Position numbers and translations under genes: made by a program
Notes under the pieces: model-generated
What the model was told of the DNA's origin: nothing
Seen by the model: only the letters and a program-made list of their open reading frames with translations
Database searches by the model: none
NCBI RefSeq assembly: GCF_006345805.1
Contig: NC_043016.1
Span: 7,998,001-8,062,000 of the forward strand
Length of the DNA stretch: 64,000 nt
From: Octopus sinensis
Taxonomy: Eukaryota
Direction: 5' to 3'
Shown: positions 1 through 11,657 of the stretch, piece after piece
Layout: each line of letters opens with the position of its first letter
How positions within the stretch are numbered: the stretch's first letter is position 1

Positions 1-180
1 TCAACTTTGGCATTACCTCCGAGTCAAAGTGTTAATCTGTCCTTGGGTGCTTTATAACCTGGTGCCATCGCCTAGTTTCTTGCCAGAAAACTTCTTGACA
101 TTTTTTGTCTGGAATAGGCCACTTTCGTCGACATTGAGGATTTGACGATAAACCTACCAATTCTCTTCAGTTATATCTGT
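1..180 (-). pseudogene. Degenerate Tigger/pogo (DDE_1, TIGD-like) transposase fragment, truncated by the window edge
   Basis: Manual minus-strand translation gives QILNVDESGLF, then after a frameshift KMSRSFLARN*AMAPGYKAPKDRLTL*LGGNA. This matches the pogo/Tigger motif QIFNVDETGLFWK-MP-RTF...PGFKA-KDRLTLLLG-NA. Two stops and one frameshift. Confidence 0.85.
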
Positions 181-335
181 GCGTTGATAAATGTGTTTTT
201 TTACTTATATTCAACCGTACTTAAAAAATAAAATATGACACAAATAAATAAAATTCTTTAAAAATAAACACTTATTGTCTTTTTTAAATTAAAAAAACGA
301 TCAAAATTTAGTTTTTTATTACAGTGAGACATACA

Positions 336-456
<121 letters not shown>

Positions 457-699
457 GAAAAATAACACCTTTTATCAATTCAAAAAGAACAATTAAATTA
501 CACCATTTAGTAAATAATATATAATAGAAATATTAAAATTAAAATAACAATAAAATGTCAATGATTAAGTAAATTGCAAAAAAATAATAATAAAAACATA
601 TATAATTTATATTTTATTTATAATTTATTTGAATTTTTTTCCTTGTAAGATTTTGATTTTAATCTCGCAAATAATAATTATTATATATATATATACAAA

Positions 700-975
700 C
701 CTAGATAAAAACTGAGATATGTTTCGACCAAAGATTGGTCCAGGCCATGTCTAACTTTATAGCACCACCTGATAGGATTATCTAAATCCTTTTTAAATCA
801 AGTTTTGTCTATGGTCCATTCAAGTAGTGAATTCTTGTTGAGTGAATTGTATCCAGGTATGGGTGGCTTATCCGGTATTCCTTGAAGAAATCTGTCCAGA
901 CCCCGTTTAAAGGTGATGGGATCCTTTTCCTCTTTGATCTCTTTCGGGACAATGTTGATATAAATCAAGGAAGCA
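700..975 (-). mobile_element. 3' end of a non-LTR retrotransposon (CR1/L2-group-like ORF2 C-terminus plus 3' UTR)
   Basis: ORF 798-989 reads NIVPKEIKEEKDPITFKRGLDRFLQGIPDKPPIPGYNSLNKNSLLEW, resembling the FN-LP--I----FK--LD-FL--IPD-P...NSL C-terminus of invertebrate LINE ORF2s. It is followed by a GACCA/TGGTC stem-loop and an AT tail. Confidence 0.7.
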
Positions 976-1538
976 GTAAAAAAAAACAAAAAACAAATTC
1001 GTGAACAGCTGTTTTATCTTAGAAGAAAGTTATAATTATAAAATGCAAAAAAAAGAAAAAAATATTTGAATGATCTGACTGATACCTCTTTTTTATCAGC
1101 TTAGCTGTGTTAGATTCCACTGAAGAAGAAAAAACATGGTTTTTAGAAAATTTTTTTCTGATTTTGTTTTTATATAAAAATGTTCATTAAAATAGGCATG
1201 GTTCAGTAAGGCTAAAATATTCCTTTCTAATGCAACCACAAGGGCTGAAATTGGTGGGGAATGAGTCTAGTCAGTTACAACGACCCCAGTGCAAAGTCAA
1301 TCCCGATGGAATTTGAACTCAGAGCGCAAGTGCGGGCGAAATACTGCAAAGCGTCTCGTTCGACTTGCTAACAATTCTGCCATCTCAATATGGCTCCGAT
1401 ACTAGAAGTGGGAGTATTTCCGTTTCAAAGTTTTTGAGAGGTAATTACTAGGCGAAAAGCCATTTTTATTCGATTATAATTTTTATTTAAAGAAAAGGGG
1501 GGTGCAGATCTTTTCTAAAAACTCATGAAAAAAATGAA

Positions 1539-1950
1539 GGATCTTTTCGGTTTGACCGGCAGTTTTTTAAAATAATTTTCACGTAACTAAACACTTTTAA
1601 ACTTCGTATACTGGTAGAATGTGTTTATAAAACATCTTTTTTTCTCTTGGCTTTATTGAGAAAATTCTATAGTTTGTAAGATATTTGTTGTTTTTCTTCT
1701 TCAATTTCTGGAATTTCAACCAATCAATCACGTCCATTGAGGTGAAAAACATTCTGTGCCGTATGAATATGTCCCTCGTTTAAGAAACAGATTGGGTTTA
1801 TTTACATTTGTGAAGAAAAAAAGATACACTTCCCCCACCCCTAACCTAAAACACATGGAAATGCAATAGATCGATACTAGGGTCATAATTATGGGTGACA
1901 ATTTCATATGATACTGCTAGAAAAAACTGCCGTTCAATCCGAAAAGATCC
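1539..1950. mobile_element. MITE family M1, copy 1 (~30-bp TIR GGATCTTTTCGGTTTGA.CGGCAGTTTTTT)
   Basis: TIRs at both ends. 8-bp flanks AAAATGAA / AAAATCGA match 6/8. Internal sequence is shared with five other copies in the window. Confidence 0.9.
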
Positions 1951-2451
1951 AAAATCGAACAATTACACGACTTTTAGTAGAATTTCAAGGAATTTTGTCG
2001 ATTTATTTTGAATATACCAGTTAAGCAGTAGTAGGTATGGCACACGACCTCATCATGCGTGAAGAATTGGTGCCGAACTGAAAAAGAGATGCTGTCATTG
2101 CTTCAAAGAGTTTGTGCAAAAAAAAAAAAAAAAACTTATTGAAATGAGCGAATCAAATTTGACACCGCTGGCATTAAGGGACAGTCTCAAAAATTTTTTT
2201 TGCGCACTAACCACGGTATTCTTGTATATATTTTGGAAATGCTTGTCTGTACGTTTCTCGTGTCTTACTAACTACTTCAAAACGGTGCATCGTATGGGGT
2301 GGGGTGGGGGAAACTATTTTCATTTTCAGATTCACCATATCTCAAAGCGTATATAATACTGTACGTTTCACGAAAAACAGGGGAGGGTGGAACATTCGGA
2401 AATCCTCCCACCACATTAGTATGTGAGGGTGGGAGTGGACTGCATGTGTAG

Positions 2452-2506
<55 letters not shown>

Positions 2507-2593
2507 CGCATACATATACACACACATACATTTTGGTTTCTAGTCCGAAACGACCCTTTCTAGTAATCTGCTGCACCCCTCCCGTCTTTATAT

Positions 2594-2828
2594 ATTTCTT
2601 AACTACCCACAAGGGGCTAAACACTGAGAAGGGACAAACAAGGAGAGACAAACGGATTAAGTCGATTACATCGACCCCAGTGCGTAACTGGTACTTAATT
2701 TATCGACCCCGAAAGAATGAAAGGCAAAGTCAACCTCGGCGGAATTTGAACTCAGAACGTAACGGCAGACGAAATACGGATACGCATTTCGCCCAGCGTG
2801 CTTAACGGTTCTGCCATCTCGCCGTCTT
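2594..2828 (-). mobile_element. tRNA-derived SINE family A, full copy
   Basis: The reverse complement has A-box-like TGGCAGAA and B-box GAGTTCAAATTCC, then the central GCCTTTCATyCTTTCGGGGTCGATAAATTAAGTACCAG block. More than 12 copies in the window. Confidence 0.9.
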
Positions 2829-3439
2829 CCTTCCCGTCTTTATAATCCTCCTTTTATTTATCGTTCTCCCCCACTCCATCATTCATATCACTCATCTCTT
2901 AATCATTCATATTCTCACCACTCACCCTCTCCTCTCTTTGCTGTATTACCCCATAATTAACGAAAGTCGGATCTGTTATTATATACCCTAACCCTTTTCT
3001 GTACAACCAGTCATCATTGCCTCTCCCTCGAACCATTTCTTGTTGGCGTCCATCTCTCTCTAGCACCATCGACCATCCCATTTTATCTCATATTTTACCA
3101 GCCAAAGAACCACCCCACTTCTGGTTATCACCTTCCTCCCTTTTTAACATTGATTACCCCCTTCTCTGTTTATATTTGGTCCTCCCTACATCCATTAATT
3201 TTCATCTTTCTCTCCCTATTCACCAGTGGTGGCTCGTGTATAGGAACTCCGAAACTGCAGCAACCCCTATTTCCACTCGATATTACCGATAACATTCTAT
3301 ATAATTCTTTATTTATACTTGTACATTATATAATCCTTAAGCTTAATGTTAATAGTCTTCCCCTGGTTTATGAAATAAATAAATAAATAATCCTTTTATA
3401 GAACTCTGCGCTTCACAGTTCCAGCGACACGATGTTTGG

Positions 3440-3513
3440 CTTGTTGTGCGCATGCTCACACGTCCGAGATAGGAAGCTTTACGCTAGGGAGAGAGAGCAC
3501 TGTCGTTCACGCA
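3440..3513 (+). promoter_or_regulatory. Putative promoter / 5' UTR of a plus-strand gene
   Basis: Locally CpG-rich non-repetitive DNA. NRF1-like TGCGCATGCT at 3447-3456, followed by an ATG and a splice donor. Confidence 0.45.
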
Positions 3514-3526
3514 ATGCCGGTGAAAG
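3514..3526 (+). CDS. Candidate first coding micro-exon (MPVK, phase 1)
   Basis: gcaATGCCGGTGAAAG|GTAGGG. Its phase is compatible with the candidate exon at 6831-6930. Confidence 0.35.
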
Positions 3527-3827
3527 GTAGGGTTTCTTTTTGACTCCGCGTTTGTTGCGCTTAAAAACATGTTTATATTCTTGAATGTGATAAAGTGTAG
3601 AATTAGATTATTATCCTGCTTCAGTATTGTTGCTAGGATTTGAAAAATAAGGCAATTTCCCTCACCCTTATTTTGTGATTTAGTAGGGATTTTTGAAAAA
3701 TAAGGGGTAATTCGCAGCGGCGTTCAGAGAATAAATTAAACACGCAAACCGGTAATGGCTAAAACGCGAACCGATTAAGTTTATGAATAAATATTCGTTT
3801 TATGTTTCCTTTTACACAATATTCTTT

Positions 3828-4412
3828 TCTACTCTGGGCACAAGGCCGAAATTTTGGCGGAGGGGACCAGTCGATTAGATCGACCTCAGTACGCAACTGG
3901 TACTTAATTTATCGACCCCGAAAGGATGAAAGGCAAAGTCGATCTCGGCGGAATTTGAACTCAGAACGTAGCGGCAGACGAAATGCCTATTTCTTTACTA
4001 CCCACAAGGGGCTAAATACAGAGAGGACAAACAAGGACAGACACACGGATTAAGTCGATTATATCGACCCCAGTGCGTAACTGGTACTTATTTAATCGAC
4101 CCCGAAAGGATGAAAGGCAAAGTCGACCTCGGCGGAATTTGAACTCAGAACGTAGCGGCAGACGAAATACCTATTTCCCATTTGTTTACTACCCACAAGG
4201 GGCTAAACACAGAGAAGACAAACAAGCACAGACAAACGGATTAAGTCGATTATAATCGACCCCAGTGCGTTACTGGTACTTATTTAATCGACCCCGAAAG
4301 GATGAAAGGCAAAGTCGACCTCGGTGGAATTTGAACACAGAATTTGAACGGCAGACGAAATACTGCTAAGCATTTTGCCCGGCGTGCTAACGATTCTGCC
4401 AGCTCACCGCCT
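3828..4412 (-). mobile_element. SINE family A head-to-tail trimer
   Basis: Three GAAAGGCAAAGTCGA cores (~3930, 4115, 4305). Only the rightmost unit keeps the tRNA head. Confidence 0.9.
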
Positions 4413-4533
4413 TCTTTCACACAATATTAAAACAACGGCTAAAACTTTTCTGTAGCAGCACCCCTACTAATTTTATCGACGAGCCGCCACTGCTCTTCAC
4501 ACTCTTGCAAACTTCATCTAACCCTCCTAATCT

Positions 4534-4574
<41 letters not shown>

Positions 4575-4815
4575 TCTCTCTCTCCCCCTCTCTCTCTTTC
4601 TATCCTCTGTTTATCTCCTTGGATATTTTGCCCTGAAGATATGAATACATATCAGTTATAGGGAAACAGTGACCCGAGAACTTTCTCACTAAGCCTAAAG
4701 AAAAATTGCCCTGAATTCTTTCAGCAGTGTTGTTCGCCTGAGGATGTGCCAGCCACATGCGGCCCGCTTTTCAAAATAGATACCCATGTTATAGGGTATT
4801 GAGAATTCCCTAACT

Positions 4816-5523
4816 GGATCTTTTCTGATTGGTTGTCAATTTTCAGTCTCTTCAATTTCTGTTCGAATCGGTATCATATTTGGTGTAATGATGTAGTTTT
4901 ATATGCTAGTCAATGCTATGAAATACATTTTCGACATAATCAATAGATAAAAGTTTGCAAATTTTGAGTAATTTTAGCAAATCGTAAGCCAGAGGCACAT
5001 TCATGTCTATTTCCATAGCAACAAGCCAAACATGAAAAATCTTTTGTCAGCGAAGTAATATTGGTTGATAGATATATTCTACATTGTGTTCGGTTGCTTG
5101 TGCCCATCTGCTGCTTGTACCATGGTCGAGAGATATGCTAAAAATAACAGCGAAATAGGCCTTAAATCACGTACCCCCTCCAATTTCATTTTGCATAATC
5201 GTATGAATTCTTGAGTGCATAATACAAATTCGCAAAAAACTTTTCTGAAAATTCCAAAAGATAAAAACGTTTTGAGGGGTTATAATGTCGTGCGTATAGC
5301 AGAAGTTGATTTATTTACAGTTTCATATTAAAACGCGTTACACACAAAATGAAAGCTTTCTAAATCCTGTTTTCTGACTATGCAAAATTTATCAAATCTT
5401 AAATCTCTATAACTTTTTTAAAAAAATTTCTGGAAAAATGTCTCCTGAGATTCAGCCTAGAAAACTACATTAATATAACCAGACTTTGAAGTTTTCACAG
5501 CTGCAGCCAAATAGAAAAGATCC
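4816..5523. mobile_element. Larger, older relative of MITE family M1
   Basis: Ends GGATCTTTTCT ... AGAAAAGATCC. 8-bp flanks CCCTAACT / CCTTAGCT match 6/8. Shares the GATTGGTTG and TTCAATTTCTG motifs with M1. Confidence 0.7.
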
Positions 5524-5690
5524 CCTTAGCTTTACACGATAAAAAGCAACCTTAACAAATGGTGGTTTCTCGAAAATATGCACCAAGTGCTCTCTGTAGA
5601 ATTGATAAATGAGTAAAGATGATATTCAGCTGAAATGATATTTTAGTCTTGACGAGGACATGACAACCTCTTTAGTGCGAGTGCCAACAT

Positions 5691-5993
5691 AAGGAGGCAC
5701 ATGGCCTAGAGGTTAGAACTGCGGGCTCGCGGGTTCGAATCTCAGACCGGGCGATGTGTGTGTTTATGAGCGGAATACCTAAGCTCCACCTAAGCTCCAC
5801 GCGGCTACGGCAGAAGATAATGGCGAACTTCTGCAGACTCTTTCGCTTCAAATTTCTCTCGCTCTTTCCTCCTGCATCTTGCAGCTCACCTGCGACGGAC
5901 CGGCGTCCCGTCCAGGTGGGGAACCTATACGCCAAGGAAATCGGAAAACCGGTCCTTATGAGCCAGACATGGCTCGAGAAGGAACAAACAAAC
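5691..5993 (+). mobile_element. tRNA-derived SINE family E with a V-domain-like segment
   Basis: A-box TGGCCTAGAGG, B-box GGGTTCGAATC, internal CCTGCGACGGACCGGCGTCCCGTCCAGG resembling V-SINE-type domains, and an (AAAC)n tail. Confidence 0.7.
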
Positions 5994-6364
5994 AGTGCAA
6001 TTTACATGTAAAGCAGCTGGTGATAGCAAGGGTATCTCGCAGGGGAACCAAGTTAAAAATGAAATGTAGGATCGCGATGTAGTCCCAAAGGCGTAGCCAG
6101 GTTTTAAAGTTAGGGAGAGCGACCACATAAAAGAAAAAAAAAATGCCGTTATCCACACCAAATAATTTAAAACTCATTTTTGTTATACATTAAGCGAAAT
6201 ATTTCATCGGTTATAATATAAGTAATTGTATTCAACATTCATTAATTTCATGTTTCAGTAACAATGACATTACGTATGAAACTTACAACTGCTGATATAA
6301 GTGTGACGTGGAAAAAGATGAAACCCCACGGATAGTCCAGCATCGAGAGGTTATGATATTAGGG

Positions 6365-6794
6365 GGATCTTTTCGGTTTGAACGGCAGTTTTTTCTAGCG
6401 GTGTCATATGAAATTGTCACCCATAATTATGACCCTAGAATCGATCTATTGCATTTCAATCTCTTTTAGGGTAATGGTTAGTTAGGGTTAGGGTTAGGAG
6501 TGGGGAAGGGTATCTTTTCTTCAGAAATGTAAATAAACCCAATCTGTTTCTTAAACAAGGGACATATTCATACGGCACAGAATGCTTTTTAACTCAATAG
6601 ACGTCATTGATTGGTTGAAATTGCAGAAATTGAAGAAAAACAAACAACAAATATCTTACAAACAATAGAATTTTCTCAATAAAGCCAAGAGAAAAAGATG
6701 TTTTATAAACACATTCTACCAGTATACGAAGTTTAAAAGTGTTTAGTTACGTGGAAATTATTTTAAAAAACTGCCGGTCAAACCGGAAAGATCC
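6365..6794. mobile_element. MITE family M1, copy 2, flanked by a 134-bp direct duplication
   Basis: TIRs GGATCTTTTCGG... / ...CCGGAAAGATCC. 6223-6356 is repeated at 6795-6929. Confidence 0.9.
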
Positions 6795-6830
6795 TAATTG
6801 TATTCAACATTCATTAATTTCATGTTTCAG

Positions 6831-6930
6831 TAACAATGACATTACGTATGAAACTTACAACTGCTGATATAAGTGTGACGTGGAAAAAAGATGAAACTCC
6901 ACGGATCGTCCAGCATCGAGAGGTTATGAC
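6831..6930 (+). CDS. Candidate internal exon, phase 1 to 2 (..TMTLRMKLTTADISVTWKKDETPRIVQHREVM..)
   Basis: Acceptor ttaatttcatgtttcAG, donor AC|GTAAAG, and a single open frame. The upstream duplicate has a 1-nt deletion and no donor. Confidence 0.5.
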
Positions 6931-7487
6931 GTAAAGGTTTGTTTTGGTTCTCCAGATGTCAACTGACACCAACACATCACATGAGATTGAGGAGACAGCT
7001 CAAAACCAAGGGAGCGTAGTCAAATAAAGTAATGACCCCAGCAAATATTTCCAATGTCTTGCGATTAACGAAAAAAGAAACTTTTATCGCACAAGTGAAC
7101 TAAAGAGTTTTTTTTTTTAATGTTGAAAAGGCGGCAGTTTTGAAAAATGTGCTTGGCGGGAGTGGTCGTACCCCTTGTTCCCCTATTAGCTACGTCATTG
7201 CGTAGTCCTTCACGCTTTCTAGGCGGGGACAGTAATTTCGAATAAGAACTGACTTGGACTGATACGATCCGTCCAAGCGACATTAGCTAAGAAAATGGAC
7301 ATAAAATAATGGTGATCACATACACACACATACTCGCGACGGGCTTCTTTCAGTTTCCGTCTATCTAATCCACTCACAACGTCCAAGGCTATAATAGAAA
7401 CACTTGCCCAAGCTACCACGCAGTGAGACTGAACCCGGTACGATGTGGCTGGGAACCAAACTTCTTACCACTCAGTCAGACATATAC

Positions 7488-8381
7488 ACGCTGGCAGAAC
7501 CGTTAGCGCGCCGGGTGAAATGCTAAGCGGTATTTCGTCTGTCGTTACGTTCTGAGTTCAAATTCCGCCGAGGTCGACTTTGCCTTTCATCCTTTCGGGG
7601 TCGATAAATAAAGTACCAGTTACGCACTGGGGTCCATGTAATCGACTTAATGTCTGTCCTTGTTTGTCTCCTCTGTGTTTAGTCCCTTGTGGGTAGTAAA
7701 GAAATATATATACACACTCACCCAGTCCGACAATATATATATTCCCTTTCGCCTGTTGACTCATCGGGAAGCATAAGCAAAACTATATTTTGGCGGACTA
7801 GCGGCGAGCTGGCAGAAACGTTAGCAGGCCGGGCGAAATGCTTAGCGGTATTTCGTCTGCGTTACGTTGTGAGTTCAAATTCTGCCGAGGTCGACTTTGC
7901 CTTTCATCCTTTCGGGGTCGATAAATAAAGTACCAGTTACGCACTGGGGTCGATGTAATCGACTTAATACCTATGTCTGTCCTTGTTTGTCTCCTCTGTG
8001 TTTAGCTCCTTGTGGGTAATAAAGAAATAGGTATTTCGTCTGTCGTTACGTTCTGAGTTCAAATCCGCCGAGGTCGACTTTGCCTTTCATCCTTTCGGGG
8101 TCGATAAATTAAGTACCAGTTACGCACTGGGGTCGATGTAATCGACTTAATACCTATGTCTGTCCTTGTTTGTCCCCTCTCTGTTTAGCCCCTTGAGGGT
8201 AGTAAAGAAATAGGTATTTCGTCTGCGGTTACGTTCTGAGTTCAAATTCCGCCGAGGTCGACTTTGCCTTTCATCCTTTCGGGGTCGATTAAATATGAAC
8301 CAGTCAATCACTTGTACAATCGACTTAATCCCCTTGTTTGTCCCCTCTATGTTTAGCCCCCTGTGGGCAATAAAGAAATAT
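7488..8381 (+). mobile_element. SINE family A cluster: one single copy (7488-7705) plus a head-to-tail trimer (7800-8381)
   Basis: Four cores, with AAAGAAATAG|GTATTTCGTC junctions at ~8030 and ~8213. Confidence 0.9.
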
Positions 8382-8505
8382 ATTTTTTTTTCGGCGGACT
8401 AGCGATTATGAATTTAAAAATTCTTATTCATTCTCAGACTTATCTTTGAATACTTTATTCCAAGTGGCCAGACATAGCTTCTTTTTGAACTTGTTCTCTC
8501 TAGAA

Positions 8506-9217
8506 CAGTGGCTCACAATCATTTTTTTTTTTTCACCTGTGTATCCTTTCGATTCCAATTTTACTCAGGTGGATCTTCATAGCCATTTAATACTTTAAAA
8601 AAAAAAATCCTGTTGTATATTATACTTGAATATTATAAGGAATTGTGTTAAAAAAAAAATTGTTAAAATACTTTGCGTATCATGGAAGTAAAACCGATTT
8701 TATTGCATCTAAACTTTAACCAAAAAAAAAAAAAATCGGATCTTTTCGGTTTGAACGGCAGTTTTTTCTAGCGGTGTCATATGAAATTGTCACCCATAAT
8801 TATGACCCTAGTATCGATCTATTGCATTTCAATCTGTTTTAGGGTTAGGGGTGGGAGAAGGGTATCTTTTTTTTTTCTTTACAAATGTAAATACACCCAA
8901 TCTGTTTCTTAAACGAGGGACATATTCATACGGCACAGAATGTTTTCAGCTCAATAGACGTCATTGATTGGTTGAAATTGCAGAAATTGAAGAAAAAAAA
9001 CAACAAATATGTTACAAACTATAGAATTTTCTCAATAAAGCCAAGAGAAAAAAAAGATGTTTTATAAACACATTCTACCAGTATACGAAGTTTAAAAGTG
9101 TTTAGTTACGTGGAAATTATTTAAAAAAAACTGCCGGTCAAACCGAAAAGATCCAAAAAATCTTACAAGGACCTCCTTCCTCCCCAGGGTCATATGGACC
9201 CCGGCTGAGAAACACTG
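8506..9217. mobile_element. hAT (Charlie-like) MITE hosting a nested M1 copy
   Basis: Ends CAGTGGCTCACAA / GCTGAGAAACACTG. The left flank CTCTAGAA fits the NTCTAGAN Charlie target; the right flank is decayed. Confidence 0.6.
8738..9154. mobile_element. MITE family M1, copy 3, with a perfect 8-bp TSD AAAAAATC
   Basis: Both TIRs are intact. AAAAAATC lies at 8730-8737 and 9155-9162. Confidence 0.92.
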
Positions 9218-9384
9218 ACCTAAGGTATGGGAGAGAGCGAGAGAGAAAGAGTGAGAGAGAGAGGGGGGGATCTTTTCCAATACATACGAATGGCAATGGA
9301 GACAGATGTACTCATCAACACAGAAAAGAGTGAAGGAGAGAGAGATAAAGAAAAGGTAAGAGCGAGATACCCATATATATATGT

Positions 9385-9497
9385 ATATACACACACAGTG
9401 TACAATAGAATATACTAACATATATACATACATACATACATACACATGTACGCACGCACACGCTACAAAACACTTTGACAGACACGAATACATGGGT

Positions 9498-9532
<35 letters not shown>

Positions 9533-9917
9533 CACACGTACGCACAAACAAATACACACACACACCTACACACAAACTCGACACACACTCACACACCCGT
9601 ATTATATAGGTAAGACACATACATACACACTACATATACATCCACAATGAGTACACACCGACACCCGAGGATTTTTCTTTTTTTTACCCTTTTCCACCAC
9701 CACCACCACCACCACCACCACCACCACCCCAACAACTCCTCTCTCTCCTCTACCCAACATAATAACCCCCACCCCCACCCTCACCTTGGTCTTCTTTCTT
9801 TTCCTCTTTCTGTCTATCATTCACTTAACACGCCGACCCCCCACCCCCATCCCGATCTTCCTCTCTCCATCGTCACCCAACTCTTTCTTTTTTCGTCTCC
9901 ACAAACTCTCTTTCTCT

Positions 9918-9950
<33 letters not shown>

Positions 9951-10830
9951 ACTCACTTTCTTGCTATATCTTTCACTCTCTCTCTCTCTCATCGGTATTA
10001 CCCCTTTCTACTTTCACCATGTTTCATTCCCTCCCTCCCTCCCTTTCTGCCAATCAAACACCTATCACTCTTAAACTTTCACACACACACACACACACAT
10101 ACACGCGTACACACACATACACACACACACACATGCACACACGCGCACGCACACACACACACATACGCACGCACACACACATGCACACACGCGCACGGAC
10201 ACACACACACACACGCACACACACACATGCACACACGAGCACGCACACACACACATGCACACACACACGCACACACACACACGCGCGCACGCACACACAC
10301 ACACACATACTACTTTTTCTTTCGTTTTCTCACTTTGTCTTTCTGTGTATCTATTTCCCCATTCTTGCACACACAAACTCGCACGCGCGCACACACAGAC
10401 GCACATACATATCTCTAACACACATACACACACACACACACAAGTACGTATAGACATAAACACACACACACGTGCACGCACACACACACACACACGTGCG
10501 CGCACACACACACGCGCGCACACACACATATATTTATAAACACATGTACACGCATATACACCTACATATTTACGTGGACACACGTACACATAGCTACACA
10601 TACACACACACAAAACGTACCCGTACGCGGATACTCTCTCACTTTGTGTGTGTGTATCTCTCTTTCTCTCTCTCTCTCTCTCTCAGGCGCGCGCGCGATG
10701 ATTCTTTTTTTTTTTTCCATTTTCACTCACTCACTCATTCACTCACTCACTGGCTCACCGACTCACTCGCTCTGTGTGTGTGTGTGTGTCTCTCTCTCTC
10801 TCTCACTCTAGCAATCAACGCTTCCACCTC
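9385..10830. repeat. Compound (CA)n/(CACG)n/(CT)n/(CCA)n microsatellite field
   Basis: Visible directly. It explains the HT/CV/LS-rich ORFs. Confidence 0.9.
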
Positions 10831-10988
10831 CCCTTCCATCACCACCACCACTACCACCACCATCACCACCATCACCATCACCACCAACATCACCACCACC
10901 GCCACTGTCGCCACCACCGCCGCCGCTTGATAGGTAGGTGTGTCCAGGGAATCACCCGGATGTTGGGCGTGGTATATGGAGTATTAAC

Positions 10989-11657
10989 ATGGCGGATGGA
11001 GTGAAAGACAGTCTCTCCGTAGTTAGTACTCTAGTCTCAGAAACAGACGGACTTATTACTATTATTGTTGTTGTTGTTGTTATTGTTGTTACCACATTCT
11101 TGTTTGTTTGTTATTGTTTTGACTACTACTACTACTACTACAACAACAACAACTACTACTGCGACTATTATTATTATTATTATTATAACTACGATTGTTG
11201 TTGTTGTTGCTGCAGTTCCCGTTGTTCTCCTTATTATTATTATTATTATTACTGTTATTATTATTATTATTATTATTATCATCATCATCATCAACAAAGT
11301 CGCGGACATCGCCGTTGTAGTAGTGGTTGTGATTGTAGTGGTGGTTGTTGCTCTTGTTGTTGCTATTGTTGTTGTCATTGTTGTTGTTGTTACCGGTCGC
11401 GATTCACGAGAGATTCACAACTTATTAATACTGTTGCTAAAACCTCCACCGCCGCCGCCGCTGTAGTCGTTGCCGCTGCTGCCGCCGTCACCGTCGCCGT
11501 CGCCGCCGCAACCGTCATCATCATCACTACCAGCATTGTCAACATCATCACGACCATCATCACCACCAACAACAACAACAGGAACGACATCGTATTTGCT
11601 GTCGTCGACGCCACCGCCCACCGACCAACAACACTCTCAAACTTACAGTTCGCAGGG
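10989..11657 (+). CDS. Candidate first exon or 5' UTR exon made of trinucleotide repeats (223 open codons from a Kozak ATG to a phase-0 donor)
   Basis: aacATGGCGGATGG start and GGG|GTGAGC donor at 11658, in a CpG-rich setting. Coding status is doubtful because triplet periodicity keeps several frames open. Confidence 0.25.

Noticed and set aside
715-752. GACCA-stem-TGGTC-GAAAC at the LINE 3' end as a second hammerhead
   Set aside because: There is no CUGANGA-like segment upstream. It is more simply the LINE 3' recognition stem-loop.
5691-5745. tRNA genes at SINE heads (also 26200-26255, 45288-45355 and 63680-63740)
   Set aside because: A and B boxes are present but there is no complete cloverleaf, and each continues into a SINE body.
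6482-6498. TTAGGG telomere-like repeats
   Set aside because: Only 2-3 units, and they are part of the M1 MITE interior.
6956-7030. Acceptor ttctccAG followed by ORF MSTDTNTSHEIEETAQNQGSVVK
   Set aside because: It is only 25 nt from the upstream donor, too short for an intron, and it ends in a stop without a donor.
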